Below are positions 60,089 through 64,000 of a DNA stretch of 64,000 bases, one piece after another (position 1 is the stretch's first letter; every line of letters begins with the position of its first letter). Under the pieces are notes generated by a model. The model saw nothing but the letters and a program-made list of their open reading frames with translations. It did no database searches and had not been told where the DNA came from. The stretch is from the NCBI GenBank assembly GCA_040878325.1, contig JBBDMM010000012.1, positions 1-64,000 of the forward strand. Reading direction: 5' to 3'. The translations under genes were made by a program, and so were the position numbers. The DNA comes from Acidimicrobiia bacterium (GTDB lineage: Bacteria; Actinomycetota; Acidimicrobiia; Spongiisociales; UBA11373).

Positions 60089-60886
60089 TCACCGCCCCAG
60101 GATGGCCGGCAGCGCTGCGACCGATGGGATCACATGATCCGGCGTCGATTCGGCAGGCAATCCATCGGCGTCGGTAACCACGCCCGTCAGCACCAGCACC
60201 GTCTTCCAACCGGCCAACCGGCCACACGCGATGTCGGTGTCGGGGCGGTCGCCCACCATCCATGTAGGTCCGCCTCCGAGGCGTCGCTCGATGGCAGCCC
60301 GCATCGGTGCAAACGGCTTCCCGGCGAACTCCGGGGGGCGGCCGCCGGCCCGCTCGACGGCGGCGATGATCGCCCCCGCTCCCGGCACCGGGACCGAGTT
60401 GGTGGGGAAGGTCGCATCGGGGTTGGTCCCGATGAATCGGGCACCGAGGATCACCGCCTGGGCTGCCCGCCGGATGCGGTCGTAAGAGATCGCCCGATCG
60501 AGGCCGACCATCACCGTTCTCGCCTCGGATGGATCCTCGGTCACCGAGACTCCGTGGGCAATGAGGGTTCCCACCAACCCCGCTTCTCCGATCGGCAGCA
60601 CCGGTTCGTCGCCTTCCTGGAGCATGGAGGCAGCGGCATCGGCCGAAGTGATCACCGCATCAGGAGAAGCGGTGAAGCCGGTGATGGCCTCGAGCCGATC
60701 GGCGACGACTTCCGCCGTCTTGGTCGAGTTGTTGGTGGCAAACAGCAACTTGAAGCCCCTGGAACGGAGCCGCTGAAGGGTCTTGCGGGCGCCCGCGACG
60801 GGCTGGTCGCCGACATACAGGCAGCCGTCGAGGTCGAAGACCACGTTGCCGGGCTCGTCCCCCCCGGCTAGAACTCGTCGGGCCAA
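60089..60886 (-). CDS. HAD-IIA hydrolase (NagD-like)
   Basis: FDLDG, TNNS, TNPD, GKP, VGDRPDTD; exact start uncertain. Confidence 0.9.
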   Translation of the reverse strand: MARRVLAGGDEPGNVVFDLDGCLYVGDQPVAGARKTLQRLRSRGFKLLFATNNSTKTAEVVADRLEAITGFTASPDAVITSADAAASMLQEGDEPVLPIGEAGLVGTLIAHGVSVTEDPSEARTVMVGLDRAISYDRIRRAAQAVILGARFIGTNPDATFPTNSVPVPGAGAIIAAVERAGGRPPEFAGKPFAPMRAAIERRLGGGPTWMVGDRPDTDIACGRLAGWKTVLVLTGVVTDADGLPAESTPDHVIPSVAALPAILGR

Positions 60887-61890
60887 TGCTCTCCCCGTTT
60901 CCAGGTTTCATACCCACCGGTCCCGGCCCTCACTCCAGCGCCGGCATGGCCGCGCTCGCCAGGAGGATTCGGGACGAGGCGGGACGGTACCAGCCCGGCT
61001 CGGCGCTCGGCCGCGCGGTGTCCCTGGGGGATCTGGAGGGCCCGATCGGCCCGGCGTTGTTTCGCTACGAGATCCATCAGCCGGGTGGAATGACCGTGGT
61101 GGGGTTGGTGGGAATCACCCGGGCGGCCGACCTGGTCCCTCACGAGGGCACCGTCTTCGGAATCTCCGACCATCCCGCTCCGGCGGTCGAGATCCGGCCG
61201 ATCCTGGCGATCGTAGATGAGCCGCTGCCTCTCGCCCCAGCGCTTGGGCCCCGGGTCGAGGTGGTCGACCCCACCGGAACCCGCCACACCCTGGCTGCGG
61301 TCGAACACGAAGGGTGGGAGCTCCATCGCCCGGTGGTGGCCGATGGCCACCACCGCCGGCGGGCGGTGATGGTGACACGGGGCGACGACACCACCGTTCT
61401 GACGATGGTCGTGGGCGACTCTGGCTCCGGTCTCCGGGCCGGCACCTTCCATCGAGTCTTTGGCGACGCAGGCGAGTTGCCCCCGACCGCCGCTGACGCC
61501 TTCGAGATCGAGCCGGTCCCGGAGCCGACGGTGACCGATGGAGCCCTGGTCTGGGTCGCAGGGCACTCGGGGCAGGTCGTCGAGCTGCGCCCCCGGGCAG
61601 ATGCGCTGGCGACGGTACCCGAGGTACTGCGGGGATCCCCGGCTGCTGTAGCCGAAGCCCTTCTCTACCCGCTACTCGGTGTGCACGAGAATGATGCGCT
61701 CCACATCGCATCCTGGGAGTTGGCTGTCGAGGGGGTTCCAGGTCGGGGAGGAGCGCTGCTTCTCCCCGACGTCGACGTGGGAACAGTGCTGAGTGCGGCG
61801 CGGGCAGGGCGGATGCTCCCCCCGAAGGCGAGTCGGTTCCATCCCAAGCCGCTGCGGGGGATGGTGCTCCGAGAGTTCGCTGGTGAGTAG
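60886..61890 (+). CDS. DUF1015-like protein (short, divergent)
   Basis: LVPHEGT, VADGHHR, MLPPKASRFHPKPLRG. Confidence 0.7.
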   Translation: MLSPFPGFIPTGPGPHSSAGMAALARRIRDEAGRYQPGSALGRAVSLGDLEGPIGPALFRYEIHQPGGMTVVGLVGITRAADLVPHEGTVFGISDHPAPAVEIRPILAIVDEPLPLAPALGPRVEVVDPTGTRHTLAAVEHEGWELHRPVVADGHHRRRAVMVTRGDDTTVLTMVVGDSGSGLRAGTFHRVFGDAGELPPTAADAFEIEPVPEPTVTDGALVWVAGHSGQVVELRPRADALATVPEVLRGSPAAVAEALLYPLLGVHENDALHIASWELAVEGVPGRGGALLLPDVDVGTVLSAARAGRMLPPKASRFHPKPLRGMVLREFAGE

Positions 61891-61904
61891 TCGATCGCTG
61901 CTGG

Positions 61905-63251
61905 CTATCGCCTGTCGACTATCTCCCCGAACCGGGCGACCGTTGTAGCCAGCAGTTGGGCCGTGAGTTCGAGCGAGTCCTCGCTGACCCTCTCGTCGTG
62001 GCCGTGGAACATCCGGAGAAAGTCACCGAAGGAGACCTTTCGGTCGAACAGTGAGACTCCGTATGCCACGGTTCCCTTGGGGCGAAAGAATCGAGCGTCG
62101 GTGCCCACCGGAATCATGGCCGGGACAAGGTGAGCCTCTGGCTGGATCCCATGCAACGCATCCGTCAGGGCTTCCCACAGCGGCCCGGCCGGCGCCGAAC
62201 CGCCTGCAAGGGTTGCCTCGATGGTTTCGATCTGGATCTCGTCGATTCCCGGGCCGATCGCCTTGCGGAAGTGGTCGTGAACGTCGACCACGTCCTGGCC
62301 GGGAAGCACTCGCACGTCGACCTCGGCGACGGCGTGGTCTGGCACCACGTTGGCCTTCACCCCCGACCGGAGTGTGTTGGGACTGATGGTCAAGTGGGTG
62401 CAGGCGTGAATCCACCTGGCGAGGCCGAGGTCGTCGATGGCAATGCGATCGATGGCACCACCGATTCGGTCGATATCGAGTAACTCCTCGGCGAGACCAT
62501 CCGGCGGAGCCCACGCCTCGACGAACCTCCGCCATTCATCGCTGATCGAGGCCGGCGGCGGAGCCGAGGCGAGCCGGGCCATCGCGTCGGCCATCGGCAC
62601 CAGCGCGTTCCGAGTGCCGTATGGCTGGCTGCCATGACCGGGGACCCCGGTGGTGTGGAGCCGGCGCCATTGAGGCCCCTTCTCGGCAACGGTGACCGGC
62701 AGCCCCGGACCGGTGGTCCCGTCCAGCAGAGGAGTCCCGATCTCGGTGAGGAGGTAGTCACACGCGACCTCGTCCCAATGATCGGACACCAAGAGGCGAG
62801 CCCCGCGGCGGCCTCCGGCCTCTTCGTCCGCCACCGCGAGGAAGAGCAGGTCGCCGGGTAGCTGCCGCGTTTCGCCGCGCCGGTGTTGCGCAAACACCGC
62901 GGCCATTGCCGCCGTCTGATTGAGCATGTCGACCGCCCCCCGCCCCCAAACGAAGCCATCGCGGCGCTCGCCACCGAAGGGATCGACACTCCATCCCTCC
63001 GCCGACACCGGTACGACGTCGGTGTGACCCATGAGCATCAAGGACGGGGCCGCGGGATCGGTCCCCGGCACTCGCCAGATCGCGCTCATGCGCCCCGGAT
63101 GCGGTTCAAAGGTCCAATCTGCCGTGCCCAAATAGGCCTCGAGGGTCGCCACGGAGCGGGCCTCGCCCCCGGAGTCCGGCGTCCCGTCGTTGACGCAGGC
63201 GTTCCGTATCAGCGCCACCAGCAACTCGACCAGGTCGCCCCGAGGAATCAT
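61905..63251 (-). CDS. M20 family metallopeptidase
   Basis: GHTDVVP, WGRGAVDM, ADEEAGG, GHGS, TDARFF, HGHDER. Confidence 0.9.
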   Translation of the reverse strand: MIPRGDLVELLVALIRNACVNDGTPDSGGEARSVATLEAYLGTADWTFEPHPGRMSAIWRVPGTDPAAPSLMLMGHTDVVPVSAEGWSVDPFGGERRDGFVWGRGAVDMLNQTAAMAAVFAQHRRGETRQLPGDLLFLAVADEEAGGRRGARLLVSDHWDEVACDYLLTEIGTPLLDGTTGPGLPVTVAEKGPQWRRLHTTGVPGHGSQPYGTRNALVPMADAMARLASAPPPASISDEWRRFVEAWAPPDGLAEELLDIDRIGGAIDRIAIDDLGLARWIHACTHLTISPNTLRSGVKANVVPDHAVAEVDVRVLPGQDVVDVHDHFRKAIGPGIDEIQIETIEATLAGGSAPAGPLWEALTDALHGIQPEAHLVPAMIPVGTDARFFRPKGTVAYGVSLFDRKVSFGDFLRMFHGHDERVSEDSLELTAQLLATTVARFGEIVDRR

Positions 63252-63306
63252 CTGCGGTCGTCCCCGGGCAGTGCCCTCCGGGCGCCAGACGGAATCGTCG
63301 CCCCGG

Positions 63307-63780
63307 TCATCCGTCGCTCCGGTGCATCACGATCGACCGGGCCTTGAAGCCATTCGACTCGAAGAAGTTCTTCGAAGCCCGGTGCCCTGGCGAAACGTGG
63401 GCGTCGAAATCATGGATTCCTCGCCCTTCTGCATCGCTCAGAAACAGGGCGATCATCGCCTCCCCTACCCCAACCCCCCGGGCCCCGGCGAGGGTGAAGA
63501 TGAGGTGTACCGCGGCGACGCGGCGGCCCCCGGCCTGCGGCAAGAGTGCTTCGTCGCGCGCCATCAAGAAGCCGACTGGAACCTGGTCGATTTCGCCGAG
63601 ATACAGGTGGGCCGTTGGATCCCCGAGCAATGATTCAAAAGACCCGATCACCGGGTGAGGCAGCCCGTCCGCCGACGACCAGATCGGCTTGATCGCATCC
63701 ATTTCGGCCGCGAGGTCGAAATAGAGATTCTCCAAGATGGGCAGGTCGTCCCGGGTGGCGGATCTGGAGGTGGGTCCCAC
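63307..63780 (-). CDS. GNAT N-acetyltransferase
   Basis: ARGVGVGEAM; KNFFESNGFKAR. Confidence 0.82.
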   Translation of the reverse strand: MGPTSRSATRDDLPILENLYFDLAAEMDAIKPIWSSADGLPHPVIGSFESLLGDPTAHLYLGEIDQVPVGFLMARDEALLPQAGGRRVAAVHLIFTLAGARGVGVGEAMIALFLSDAEGRGIHDFDAHVSPGHRASKNFFESNGFKARSIVMHRSDG

Positions 63781-63869
63781 GGGAACAAGGCTAAATCGGT
63801 CGCAGAAGAAGGTGTGTCGTGAAGCCCGGCTGGGCCAAAGGGGCGAGCCAGCGACCTATTCGCTGACCC

Positions 63870-64000
63870 CTAGGCGCAGTCGCGGCAGAGCTGCTTCCGC
63901 TTGTCGGCCAGTTGGCTGGAACGCTTCACCAGGAAGCACGAACGGCAGACGAACTCTCCCAACCCCGCGGTCTCGGCTGGGGTGTCGAGTTCGATGGCTT
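63870..64000 (-). CDS. DUF4193 family protein, 3' part
   Basis: EFVCRSCFLVKRSSQLAD....CRDCA-stop. Confidence 0.75.
   Translation of the reverse strand, partial: AIELDTPAETAGLGEFVCRSCFLVKRSSQLADKRKQLCRDCA

Overview
High-GC actinobacterial chromosome segment; gene content and order suggest Acidimicrobiia, which is an inference. It opens in the 3' end of an rRNA operon whose 23S gene is interrupted at the L2593 (I-CreI) site by a 721-nt group I intron (64-784) carrying an apparently intact single-motif LAGLIDADG homing endonuclease. A 28-bp dif-like XerCD site at 10048-10075 coincides with the switch in dominant gene orientation, so the window probably spans the replication terminus, only about 9 kb from the rRNA operon. 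The rest is mostly housekeeping on the minus strand: HAD, tlyA-nadK-recN-pyrG-xerD, scpAB-rluB-aroA-cmk, der, tRNA-Pro, tdh-kbl, gcvH-garA-MerR-DUF151-MerR and gcvT-PA-PB. An accessory stretch near dif holds VOC, OsmC, AadA-like, Ser/Thr kinase and ABC transporter genes. Non-obvious signals include three PafBC/RecA-NDp-type promoters before repair genes, a 15-bp inverted pair of palindromes bracketing a small Cys/His protein, and three genes with apparent CUG/AUC starts. There is also an orphan structured non-coding element next to tRNA-Pro, dispersed hexamer and heptamer repeats, and three single-base frameshifts that may be sequencing errors. All family calls come from motif recognition; no database searches were run.
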